A DNA stretch of 64,000 bases from Nymphaea colorata (taxonomy: Eukaryota), in the NCBI RefSeq assembly GCF_008831285.2, contig NC_045138.2, positions 34,224,001 through 34,288,000 of the forward strand, given 5' to 3'. A model generated the notes under the pieces. It worked only from the letters and a program-made list of their open reading frames with translations, searched no databases and was not told the DNA's origin. Shown one piece after another: positions 1 through 13,137 of this stretch (position 1 is its first letter; each line of letters begins with the position of its first letter). The position numbers were made by a program, and so were the translations under genes.

Positions 1-156
1 TGAAGACATTCTACATTTAATAAACATGCGCGGATGTAATATACTGGCGGCCTTCATTAACATGTTAAAGCTCCTGGACTGCAGATTCAAATCACCAATA
101 TAACACCACAAAAGTAATTTCAAGATGAGGATATGTATCGAGAAGACGAGCAGTAC

Positions 157-367
157 CCAATGAAGAACACCTGCCGCCGCCGTCGAGCTTATCCATGGCC
201 GTTATCACGAACACGAACCGAACCATGAAGGTGAGGAACAGCAGGGAGTAGAAGAGAGTCCTGTAAGACACCCTCCTGGGGCCAGCCTTCACCTTGATCA
301 GCTCCCTGAACCCTTTCCCCGTCGAAACCGTCACGCTTTTCAAGCTGGGAGAGATATGGAGCTGCAT
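157..367 (-). CDS. GAUT12: Galacturonosyltransferase 12 / IRX8-like (GT8), first coding exon; gene continues beyond window start
   Basis: ATG at 367 gives MQLHISPSLKSVTVSTGKGFRELIKVKAGPRRVSYRTLFYSLLFLTF, matching the recalled GAUT12 N-terminus with its type-II TM anchor. GT donor at 156-155. Confidence 0.88.
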
Positions 368-2317
368 TCTCTCCTCAGACCCTATCTCCAACTCTTTAAG
401 AGTTCTTCTCTGCCTCCAAACTGGAACAGATGGGGAAGAGGGAGAGGGGGAGAGAGAGAGAGACCCAACAACCCCTTTCTTTCTTTAGCTATATTCTGAT
501 TGTTGGTGTTTGAATGGTGCGGAGTGAGGGTGGAGGGGGAGAGGGGAAGTATACCACTGTTAATGGAGGACAAGTCTGGTTTCCTTGTTGCTTTCCGTCA
601 CCAACCTTTTTGCCTTAGCTTGCTTTGCACTGAAACACTGGACTTGAACGTCTCAACTCTTGAAAATTCAACCGGTCTTCTTTCTCTTTCTGCTTCTGCT
701 TTAGGCTAAACTTTTGTTGGTAGCTCTCTAGATAAACGAGAGCGAGAGGGATCGTGAGCAGGGTGCCTTAAAAGTGCGGTAAGCCTGCCTTCGTTGCCAG
801 AGTTGGGGTCGCCGTTTGTTCTGTGATGTGCTGTTTCTATTGGGAGTTCTATGCATCGGTTGTTCGGAAAGAGACTACCCACTGAACTGAACTGATGTTT
901 CCGATATAAGCACGCGGATCGAATCTATTTTAGATAGAAATCAGATATATATTGGATCTAGTTCTTGAGTCCAGCAAGACCAACGGTAAAGAAAAGCCTG
1001 CACAAATACTCCATTATATGCAAGCTTCTTCTCATATATAAAACTTGCCTGTGTGAAGACACTTCTTCAGGAAAATAGATCACAAGTTAATACTTCATTA
1101 ATTATAAATAATAACTTTACATGGAGCAACTTGTGAGTAATCAACCCAGTTGATTATATAACATATGATCAATACGTATAAGCTTTAATTATATTTTTGA
1201 ATAGCATTTAGAACACACTGTAGGAGGACCGTTCGAGTGGTCTTTTGGGTTTGATGAATTCCTACTTTTGTGGCTGACATGAGTGAGGAGACAAATTTGG
1301 TAAAGCCGCTACCTATGAACCGACATGAACGTATCCTTTGAATTAGACGGGAGAAAACGTGAGGTGAGAAGCTTCCTTGATCTATTTAATGGTTGCTTAA
1401 GGAAATCTAGATCGTTGGCTTCAAGGATCAGTTTTATCAGAGGTTGGTGAGACTTCATTCAAACAGGCACAACTGATCGTCGGATCAGGTCCAATTGGTT
1501 TTTTTAAGTGTGCAACTGAAATTTTAATAAAAGTTTAAGAATCCATTCACATCTCCCCATGGATTGCTTATACCCTTAGCATGCAATATGTAACTAGACT
1601 TGATGCACCACAGTGTCCATTCATTTGGTTTTGGATTCAGAATTTGGAAAACGATATTGTTAGGTTTTTCTTTTGCCAAATCAACAGCAAAAAAATTAAC
1701 CAGAAATCCATAAGCAAAAACAAAGGTTCATATTGTAAACAATGAAACAATTTCTTCGCGTTTTTTTCACAATCATATCATATGCTGTAGGTGAGCAGAA
1801 ATTGTTTTCCTCGTTGTTGAGAACACCGACTGACAGAAAGGTAAACTTTTAATCAGTTACTCTATATCACTATGAATTCGTGTTATTCTCGTTTCAAAAG
1901 AATACTGTAATTATGTATAATATTTGATTATCAAATTTAGGGACAATATTTATAATCCTTTTATAAAACGAATATGATGTTTCTAAAAATGTATGATATA
2001 AGAATTATGTTCCAAAAATATGATACTGTTCTTCCCCAACGTCCTCTCCTTGAATCTCTATGATTCAGGTTATAAATCTGAGAAAGTCCGTTTGAAACCA
2101 TTTGTAGACCATCTGATCTGGATATGAAAATGTGAATCGGATCAATATCGGAGCCCTGATCGCTTGCACTGGACTATCTTCCGGGTCCAAATCCACAATG
2201 AGCCTGACAGAACACTTGGAAGACCGTGCGGCGTGCAACCTAAGACTAAGAGCATCCTTCCGCGGTCTCGGTGACTCGGTCCCTCCGCAGAAACAACTGG
2301 GGAAGCGGTGAAGCGAA

Positions 2318-5300
2318 ATGGAGATACAGTGCTCGCTGGACGTCCGGTACGCCGAACAAATCGCTGCGCTTCTTCGACCGCCGTCTCCCCAAGAAATTCA
2401 GGTCTCTTCCACCTCTACTGTTTCTGCAGTCTTTGTCACTTCCCCTTGCTTCCTTTGCCCCTCATATTAACATAGTGACGGGTGTTCTACTGTTCTCACT
2501 GAAAACACTTGATACCATATTCGGGATAAGCTGAGATATTCCATTGTTCTTCATGAATCATGAAACAAGTACTCACACCGTCCTACTGCGCTGGATTGTT
2601 GGCATAATTCAAAGCACCCCACCATTGTACAACAGGTTAGGCTTTTGGCTCAAGTTTTTCATGGTGTGCGTGTTAAGATGCCTTTCGCGGTTCCTTCATC
2701 TTGGCCCCCAAAAAATGGTGGGAGTGCTTTCCTGGCGTGAAGAATGGGCCATTTTTAATTTTTTGAGCGACGTACAAAATGAGAGGATTGAGTTTCTCTT
2801 GCATCCGGCTTATCTTGATCATTTTCTGTAAATTCCTTTTCTTTTTCTGTGAGCGTGCTAACGACAAATCAATATACTCTTCGGGTTATGGTTCCCTGAA
2901 CCATTAGTGACTTCATGCTGCTTTGACGTGAAAGCCTAGGGCATTCATCCCATTACTTTCTGCAAGACTTGTCAGTCACATTAATTCTTAGGGGAACTTT
3001 TATCGACATTAGTCGTACTGGTGCAAGTATTACATATTTCATTGGCTGTCCTGGATCCTTTGATCGGGTTGAGTTCAAATCAAATGTCAAGTTTGTTTTT
3101 GGTCGTCTGTTCTCATCTTATGTATCTGAACTCTAATTGCATGGTATGATTTTTGGTGGTGTAGGACTATTTTGAGCATCTCCTAGCTGCGAGAAATTGT
3201 CATGGCCTTAAGATCAAGCAAAGCGGAGAAATAGGAAAAGGTATTTTTGTTTTACTCTTGGATGCTAGATAACTGAAGGCTCGACTAGATGATTGGTTAA
3301 AATCGGGGAACGGATAATGCATCAGGCATGCGCGCTCTGAGCGTCCTGACCCACGATGAGCCAGCTTAGTGAGCGAGTGGACTAGGCTTAGAATCTTGGA
3401 GTGGTCCTTCGATTGGCTAATCAAATACCTGCTGTACCTTCCAATATGTGGCCACAGGTCAGCCGACGTGGTGCCTAGAATTGTGTTTACATCAAAATCA
3501 ACGCAGTCCTGCCAATGAAGCCTTGGGCCTTCATCTATGAACCACAGGTTGCGATATTAATATAAAACTGGCCTAGCACTTTGATTGGCAGGGTTCCATT
3601 TGCCAGAGTCATCACAGCAGCACCTACCATCAATACAGGAGCCTTGCGATCTATGTTCAACGTATGTCCACCCACGTAATAGGTAAGGCTGGAAGCCTGG
3701 AAGCAATGTACCCGTAGACTTTGGAATAGTTACAATCAACATAACATAAAGTCATCACTTATATTTGGAAGTATTTGGCATGGGAAGCTTTCTGCTAATC
3801 ATGCATAAGTGGCTATGATAGAACCACCATGATTGATGTCATTAACACCACACAGCTTGCTGGATCTATTTTTGTGTGTGTGTGTGTGCCATCCGTGTTT
3901 TGCTCGTTCTTGAATTCATTTCAGTGAAAGTGATTCCTATCTACGAAACCTGCATTACACTTATAAAACAACTGTAATATGGAAAGAAGCTGATTCTATT
4001 GACGTTAGATAAAGTGGTAAACCATTACTCTTGCTTGTATGATCTTTTACATATTAGGTTTTTATAAAATTTAGTTTAAGAAGGTGAGTTACTCTATTTC
4101 TTTAATGGTATTAAATGATCGCCCAAGACGCGATCTTTGTTTTCTGCCCATATGAGTTGGCTGTATGATTACTGAAGCTTGAAAGTTGTTTTATTGGACG
4201 AACAAACTGCAGGTGTATATGCGAACATGGATTTCGAGGAGGAAGATTTGGTCTTGAAGGATCAAATGTTGGTCGGTGCTCAGCACTTCTCTAATAAGGT
4301 AGTATGAAATGCATTTTTGAGTTTGCTGGTTAATATCATCCTCTAATGCACATTTAATTGTTATCATGCAATTAGTGATGTAAGTGAAATTTCTCTCTTG
4401 AGACTTTCTTATACAATCTCTTTCTTATACCTTGTGAAGTCTTCTTATTTTTTCCTTGACAAGTTTGTGAGTTTACCTCACTGAACCTTTTGTTTTTCAT
4501 ACTGATCAGTAAGACAAATCTATATTTCTTGTAAAAAAGGAGAGGTGCTAGTTGTAGAGCGCATTATTGTACATAACTAGTTATTTATTCCTTTTGATTG
4601 TGTGATTGCTTAGTTAAAAAGTTTGTAACACTATTTATTTGTTTATTTATTTTTTTTGTTCTGTTGTTTATAAGCTAATAGATTGCATGAGCCTCAAATT
4701 CGGGTCACAGGATGGAAAACCACCTGTTTGTTTTACTTCTTCTTGGTTCATTTTCTAGGCTGAAGCATTTGTCTGTAGCCACTGTTTTTGTTATATTGGC
4801 TCAATAGAGCTCCAAATTGGAAGAAGGCTCTATCTTAGAAGTTTGAAGAATCGAGATACTGAAGACCTTAAGGATCATGTGCATACATCAAAGCAGTCTA
4901 AAGTGCCTGAAAGTAATGTCTCAGATGTTCATGTCCAAAAAACTGCAGGCTCCTCAAAGGGTGCCATTCCTGAAGGAATGGTTGACGCTTTGATGAATGG
5001 TGGATTGACTTTACCATACTCAAAAGAATTTCCTTTGCCTCCTGTTTTTTCTTGTATTGGAGGATGCAGAGAGGAATACTACTGCAGGTATTGAAATTCA
5101 TTTTCCTTTTGCTTCACTTTTTTCGCTTTCATCATGTTATTTTCTCTGTTTTGTCACAAATTGCCTATACTCTTATAATGTACTGTAGCTTTTACTCTGT
5201 AGTGATTCCAACAATGTACTTTATTTTTGCATTATAGGATAGGCTGATGGCTGATCTGCCACATGTTATACTTCAGTCATTGCCATGTTGGCACTGAATA

Positions 5301-8300
5301 CTGATGGGAACCTACACCTGAACCTGCATCTATTCCTATCTGACATGTTTGCGTGGAGAGCTCTTCTTTACTAAGTTGGACACTACCAAGGACAAAAATG
5401 TATTGTCTGGTGCTCCCTTTGTTTGAATAAAAGCCACAGTATATGCAAACAAACATTTGGCAATTTTGGGATGATATTATCTATGGCTTCAAACTTGACC
5501 CAGGTTTCCAATCATTAATGCATGCAATTCATAATGCCTTGAACAACTCCATCTGTCCATCCTTGTATCCATGACCATTAAATGAACGCCATAGGAGCTC
5601 CTCTATCTGATCTTAATCTTTGAAGTTTTGGACTGCTTATTGTTGGTACTGTTTTTCCAGCATTCCGTTTTCTATTGTTGATAAAATAGCTAGATTGCCA
5701 TTATTTTTCAGTCACTAGAACTGTTTACTTAGTGAAGTTCATTCTTATTTGTTCCGTTTGTTCTACTTTTGAAACATGGTTGAGTGTGTCCCATAGTACC
5801 CTTTTCTGAAGCTTGATTGACTTTTCAATTGCTTAGTTTGTGTTACCTATAATCTAGAAAATCTTTGACCCCTATTTTCTATTTAAGTTTGTCATAACTC
5901 ATTTACTGCAGTTATTAGGTACTACTATGTCCAACATCTCATTGGTTGTATGATTCTGGCTCGTAGTGATCTGATATCCTGTGTTATAGCAAGTCGTGTG
6001 CAGAGGCTGACTGGGAATCATGTCATTCTTTATTATGCGTTGGGAAGGAATCAGGTGGAAGTGGAACATGCCGAGAAGCACTTGCTAGGTTCTATGAACA
6101 TGCTGCTGGTATTTGGTCATCACTCATCAGCCCTTTAATCCTTTACAACTCCTTGCTGTCCTCAGCATTCCATTTCTAATTTAGACACCCTTTTCTGTGT
6201 AGAAACGAATGATATTTTCATCCTTGCAGCCAAGGTATGCTCATGTTTATTCCTCTGGCTATTATTAGTCTTACTCAGTATTCTTGATGAATGATGATTG
6301 ATGATGGATGAGTTGTTTTGAGCAAATATGTTGGATATCCTAAATAAGTGCTTCAACTGAATGTACTTATCTTACCACGGTGATTCTTAAGGAAGATTAT
6401 GATGCTTTTATAATTTATGCTGCAGGTAATCTCATCTACTATTCTAAAATACCAAAATTTGAAAACAGCTAATCATGAATGCCAAAAGAAGAAAATGAAG
6501 ACAAGTGAGATAAGCGGCCCCAACTTTCCTTTTCTTCTGGAGGCTTGGAAGCCTTTCTCCATGGGGTATAAACAAAGGTAGGTTGCTATCCACTAGCAAT
6601 CAAGCTACAGAATCCTAACTCATTTAGCTAAGCATTGGTTGGAAAGAAACTTCGCAAGTTTTTCTGGGGAGGTTGTACATATATTTTGCTTAAAAAGGAC
6701 AAAAGGGAATGGTACCACATAGAATGGAGGTAGTAGAAATGTATGCTGATTTTTGTTATTTGATCATTTTATTTGGAGTTTATAGGCACACACACTGACT
6801 TCTATGTGTGTGTAAGCCATATTTAATGTTTATACTTTATATTGTTGGTCAATGGGTGAGATTAACATGCAAGTTTGTTTAGCTTTCACATTAAAGAATC
6901 ACATACGACAAATTCCCTCTTTGTTTATTGTGAAACTGATGAAAGATTTTAAATCTAAAATATTTATTTTACCATGTCCAAATACACATGCACCTTTCTC
7001 ATGTTTTATTGTCTGTAGATGGTGGGATTGTGTGGCTCTGCCAGATGATGTTGAATGTTCTGAGGAAACTTCCTTCAGAATGCAGATGAAAGACCTAGCA
7101 TTTAAGGTAATCAAAGTATTTCTGCATGATCTTCATCTCCAGTTGTTTTCTTTGGATATACAAGTAATATACATAAATTGCATGCTTTTGCAATTTACTT
7201 TCTTGGACTGTCACTGCCATTTGAACTTAAATCCATAAGAATTGCATAGCTATGTAGCAAATTTACTGTTCAAATATGTTTCTGGTTTCTGTATAGGAGA
7301 CCAACTTCTTTATTGGTGGAATAACTACTTGAGTAGGACCAAAGAGAAGAATTATGATTTAGATTTTTTTTAAGAATAAAACCATAACTTCTTCTAACAC
7401 TTCTACATAATCCATGGATTTTCATTCCAACCCTCTTAGGGGCATTGATATAGCTTGATTGATTGATTACCATTATATATATTTGCTAGTGCACACAGTG
7501 TGATGTAAGAAGTTTAAAAGGAATAGGTTGTTTGAAGAGGGGGGGTGGGGGGGGAGGTGGTGGTGGGGTGTGGTCGTGTCTGGGTTTGGTGTGGAGAGAG
7601 AGAGAGGTGTCCTAACTAACAGGGTTTTCCATGAAATCACTAGAGATGCTGGAGGTAAGGGCATGTTTTGCATGCCTCGACAAATTAAAACTTCATAAGC
7701 TGTTATATCCTCATGCAGGTTGCTGGATTTTTCTTAATTAAGAAAGTTCAAAACTGAATGATGTTATTGGGAAGGTTTAGGGAAGGTCTACATTTTTACT
7801 ATCTTGATTAGTTGCTGCGGCCTAAAAAGTGGGTACAGCCTTCCGATCGTTTTAGTTTAACAGGTTTAAGCTGTCATTTAATTGGAGAAAAAAATACAAC
7901 AGTAGCAGCAGACTTTGGCTATCGCAGCTTTTATTCAAAATCAAGTAGGTCAGACAAGCATTGGGTTTTGTTTCTGGCAGCATTTTCCAAAATAAAGACC
8001 ATGCACGAAACAAGTAGTGATGAATTTTACCTGAGATTTAGCACTGTAGACATACTTTAATATATTCTTTTCTTTTTCCTTCTGACCATCATACTCCGGA
8101 CCTCATGCAAAGGTGGTCTCTGGGAAAAATGAACCAAGACACAATGGCAGACCATCTTAACATGCAATGAAAAAAATGTAAATGGAAGAAACATGTTTAA
8201 ACCCTTGCATGTCTACTTTTTTTCTGCTCTATTTCAAGTCTGAATTGTATCTTTTGTTTGTAATTATTTTCTTTGTTTTTTCCTCCTAATGGTGCCTAAG

Positions 8301-11231
8301 ATTGTTCCACCTTGTTCTAGGAACTTATCTGCATGATGTTGGTTTTTAGTGTAGTATGCTTTTACATTCTCATTTTGACATTCTCATTTTGACATGAATT
8401 TTGTTGATGAGTTAAACTGTAAATTAGCAGTTTCTCTCTTGGAATCCTCTTTAAACTTATGGTTTGAATATTTCAGTCATTGCAGCTTCTGAAAGCAGCA
8501 ATATTTACGGAGGAATGTGCACCTTGTATCCACTCAGAGTTGTGTTTCTTCATCAGGCCTGCATTCTCTTTCAAGTAAATGACATTTTATTCATTGTCAT
8601 GCACTTCCTCCATATTTGGCTCCTTAATGTTTGATCAGTATTTTCTCTGGAAATATATGGGCATATCATTGGCATGTTCGAGCTAAACAATCTGTAAGTT
8701 CTGTTACCTTTTAGAGGAAATTTGTCTTGTTTCCTTTGGCTAGTTAGTAAGGCACTTCTGACATTAGGGTGCAATAGGAAATTTAGCAGGTGATTTATGG
8801 TCTGGTTCAAAGTAACCTTGATTGCACTTCTTCAGAGACTTGGTTGTTGCATCTCCTGTGGAAGACTATTTTATCCATATCAGTGACCTTCCACCCCTTG
8901 AAATGGTTAGATAAAATACAACACATAGGTTGTAGGTTGAATTTATGTGCCCTTTTTTCAAATGAAGACCACATGTACTAGTGCAGCTGAACATCAAAGT
9001 CGCACATCTATTTCAGGAAGAAGCTGACAAATTCACACGACCTCTCTTAGATACTCTTGGCGATGATTATGCAGTTTCTTGTGAAGGTAGAGACTTCTAG
9101 CTTCTTTGTTTTGTCTAATTTAGTTTGCTTTCATCAGTTTGTCAACTAAGCAAGAATTTTAAAAAGCACTAGTATTGTTTGAAGGAATTAAAACATAGGA
9201 ACTCTCTGTCCTATGATCTGTTTCAATCTTCAGGAGTTTATTTTTTTCCCTCTGTTTTATTTGAGGCAGTGGCTCCAAATAGCTGTTAGTTGTATGACTA
9301 CCGGTGACTACCTCATCAATGGCTGTAAAATTTCAAACGAATATTGTATGTCAGAGACTTTCCCAACTTAATATGTCTAAAGTGGGAGTTCAAATTGGAC
9401 ACTTTACGTGTTAGAGAACTGTTTAGAAAGTTTGAATACTCTCCATCAGCTAATGTGGTATTAGATAACTGAGTTCTCTGAATAACAAGTATTCACTTTA
9501 TTGCTTTTCACTTCAAGAAATCAAATTTGGAGAGCTCAGAAGGAGAAGCATGGAGCTTTTAGGAACAAATTTCCAGTTAAAAGGAGAATTTTTCATCCGC
9601 AAGCAATACAATTCTATTTCTGACAATTTGCATGTTAGAGAACTGTTCAGAAAGATTAAATACTCTCCATCGGCAAATGTTGTATTAGATAACTAAGTTC
9701 TCTGGATAGCAAATATTCACTTTATTGCTTTCCAATTCAAGAAATCAAATTTGGAGAGCTCAGAGAAAGGAGTATGGAGCTTTCTACCCTTGTTTCTAAG
9801 TTCAAAAAAATATGCTAGATACAAGTGATACATTTGTATCGCTTGTCTCTTAAGGAATAATAATCATACTAAATTTTTGCATAACAGAAATTGTAGCTTG
9901 ACTCTATCTTGGAGTTATTCAAGAACCGTTAGAATTTATTACTGAATTTATGCTTCTAATTTGAATCTCAGATTAGATAACAGGGAACCCTTTAGTTTTA
10001 AGTTCTTCTACTGTCATGTTTCAGAACCTGTTATCATGTCAGAAGACCATATATCACAACATAGATTCCCTGACCTTGTGGTTTTATACTGACCATGTTG
10101 TGATGGATGCACAAAACTCAGTTGCGAGAAACTTCATAGAATAACGGTAGTTTTTTTGGTACTTGTATTATAATACCTTGTATGCTTATCATGAGAAAAC
10201 TCCCTACCTTCTTCAAGACAAATTTCTTTCCTGACTTAGGGAAGCCTTTATCGGTATGGACACACAGCATCTGTTTTCGTGTTATTTTTCAGGAACAGCA
10301 TTCTTTCCTATTCATAGTTGCATGAACCATTCTTGCTGTCCAAATACGAAGGCTTTCAAAAGAGATGAGGTAATGCAGTAGATATTGTTCACTACTGAAG
10401 CTTTAGAATTATCAACTATCAACTTGTTGTAGATATCTTTCTTCTTTCCTAATGTAATTTTGCTCACCTGAATTTAATGTTGGAATCATATGCTTACTGT
10501 TATATCGAAGGAGACAGTCTGGTTCTGGTTGGCTGATGGCATTGATGAGTGCTAGCAGGTTCACATGCTAACATGAAATGTCTGAGATACCTTTTGGTAG
10601 TAAATTGTGATAGAAATTTAGAGATTTGAACTAGATCCAAATCCATTCAGGGTAAATTTTTCTATTGGAAACCCATTTAGTATAAAAAATGATTATCCCG
10701 TTAAAGCAAACAACAATGGTCTTGATGTGTGTACAAGCAGTTGAAGTTCATATGATCATCAAATTTAGGAACTGGCTAGAATAAGCAGGATTTTCCAACT
10801 ATCAGATCCCCTTTCAGGACCTTGACGATTAAAGCCAGATAGATGGGGGTTTGGTTACACATAATTTCATGGTCCAGCATAAATGCTTGAGTCTTTGCCA
10901 AAATGCTATTCCCTTTATTCGTCTAGTAGCAGGTAATAAAACAAAGTTATTGCAACTGCAGGATAGGGATGGTCAAGCAACAATAATTGCACTAAGACCC
11001 ATATCGAGAGGTGAAGAGGTACTTAATCTTCAACCTTTTGTTATTATGTATGGTCACAACGTTTGAAGTGTAATTCATGCATGTGCTTCCGGTGGCTGTA
11101 ATTTTCCAATTCTGAATTCCTAGCAGGTTACCATCTCATATATTGATGAAGACCTTCCATGTGAGGACAGGCAGGCATCACTTGCTGACTACGGGTTCCA
11201 GTGCAACTGTCCTAAGTGCCTCGAAGAATAG
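2318..11231 (+). CDS. ATXR2: Histone-lysine N-methyltransferase ATXR2 (SET + MYND-like), 15 exons
   Basis: Exons built by hand with GT-AG boundaries in continuous frame: 2318-2401, 3165-3240, 4213-4298, 4759-5087, 5990-6108, 6203-6234, 6426-6577, 7019-7106, 8477-8525, 8639-8693, 8836-8905, 9017-9086, 10293-10369, 10962-11018, 11127-11231. Motifs GKGVYA, CSHCFCYIGSIELQIGR, EEYYCSKSCAEADW, FSLEIYGHIIGMFELNNL, MNHSCCPN, EEVTISYID, YGFQCNCPKC. Confidence 0.93.
9410..9784. repeat. Degenerate direct duplication of about 150 bp in an ATXR2 intron
   Basis: ttagagaactgt...tactctccatc...attcactttattgcttt...ttcaagaaatcaaatttggagagctcaga occurs at about 9410-9560 and 9634-9784. Confidence 0.85.
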
Positions 11232-11876
11232 TGACCATCTTCATTGTTCCTGATTGATTTTTGTGAGAATACTATAAGATTCACTAGCATTAATGAGTTC
11301 AGAATCCTATATTCATTTTGCCAATTGAAAAGGACATTGAGGTTCACCTGGTTTTGAAATTACCGAATCGTGTGAAATTTTCTGTGATACTGTGATGTTT
11401 TCACGTGCAAGGCAACATGCAAGGGTCATAATGATGCAATGTTAGTCTCAGCCCTTTATGTAAACTTGAGAAATTCTTGTGAGTCCATAGGCTGAAGATG
11501 AAGTTTCTCTGGCACTGAAGTGGAATATGTAATCCATCGGCATAGTTGGAGCATGTGACTGCAGTGATTGCCTGGGCTTTCGGAATTAACAGCAAAAGCA
11601 ATAGCCTTTTAACCTCCTGTAAGGCTGGTCGTATCACCTAATTAGGTTAGATCGACATATAGTTTGCAGATTCAGATTCCACATGTATATCTCTAGCATC
11701 CGACTAGCTCAGATCTGCATAACTGTGGCTACTTAGGGCCGATCTAGATCGGTTGTTGATGTCAATGGTGATGGCTCCCTCTTACTCCCTCTACCTTGGG
11801 TAGGCGTAGCTAGTCTGGACCAGCACGTGACCTAGGCTGAAGGCGATCCGTCAAGTAGTTCCGTTCTTACAAGCTC

Positions 11877-11879
<3 letters not shown>

Positions 11880-11914
<35 letters not shown>
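11880..11914. repeat. (AT)n microsatellite
   Basis: Pure AT dinucleotide run. Confidence 0.95.
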
Positions 11915-11917
<3 letters not shown>

Positions 11918-13137
11918 ACAGATGGAGGGCGAGAAGATAGCGGGCATTGAGGCTTTGTCGCGATAATGAAGGACCGACAGCAGCGCATTTTTTTTTTCCC
12001 TCTATAATTACACGACCAAGGACCAAACCAAGTAAACCCACTAGTAAGTCATTCTGATTATAATCTGGAGCAACAGATGCAGCGTGATTAACTATACCTG
12101 TTTCCCGTACAGACTGTTAATCATGTATTGTTGGCCACCAACATGTGACTTATAGAATAACTTCCACGCAAGCCAACAACGAAGTAACATATACAGAAAC
12201 TGGTTTAGACAAATCAACCTGAAGGAAAGGGAGGATCTAGTGCGGTTCGGCAGGTCTAGTTGGGGGAGGGGGCCCATATAAGAGGTATGATATTAATTGT
12301 GAGCTGCTTAGTCTCAGTTACAATTCGTTGTCCTACCTAATGGCAGGAAACTAAATCTAAAAGTTTGCACATGGCCCATGTTAAGTGCCTACTTTCAGAT
12401 GAATTGACCACATTTTCTTTTCTTAATTTAGATCCCATACATGCTACCATCAACGCTTTTGCAATTGAGACCAAACCAAAAACAATTTTGTGGAAAACAA
12501 GATCTGGTTTATCATTTCTGCAGAGGACGGACCCAATCAAGAAACAAGACTCTCAGTCTATCTAGAAACGTAATTATAATTTAAAATGAGAATATAAAGA
12601 AAACATTAACTGCAGAGTAGATAACTATAAATAATGTTAATAGTAAAGGATTACTGGAACATGAAGCTACATGCTTCTCTTCAGGTCAGATCTACGATAT
12701 TCACATAAGTATATTTGAATTTCATATTACATGCTGCAAAAAATGCAAAAATGTGTTTGTTTATCAAGTTTTCTCCGAGAATTAAGGTTCAACAGCAACC
12801 AGAAGCGAGAAAAGTAGAAAAAAAAATAATACAACCACTACGCTTTGCCAATTCTCACAGTCCTGAAAGAGTGCGCAAGACCAGCTTCAAGAATAATCCT
12901 TAGTCAAATCAGTTTATCAACTCCATATTCAAGACCTTGAAAACTTATCATGACAAATGCTGTTGATGTGAAAATTTCTCACGACATGGTTGTGTGCATC
13001 CTTTCTTTCTGAAGCTCCATGCAGTTGTAGACATCTTCAATTCTGTTATCACAGAAACTCACAATTGGCACATTTCAGAATGAAAACAGCCCTTGCATAA
13101 AAACCCAAACAAGTGAAAATTACCGGGTATCTATGAG

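Noticed and set aside
382..573. Upstream ORF of GAUT12
   Set aside because: Begins with TTG rather than ATG and is low-complexity UTR-like sequence with no recognisable peptide.
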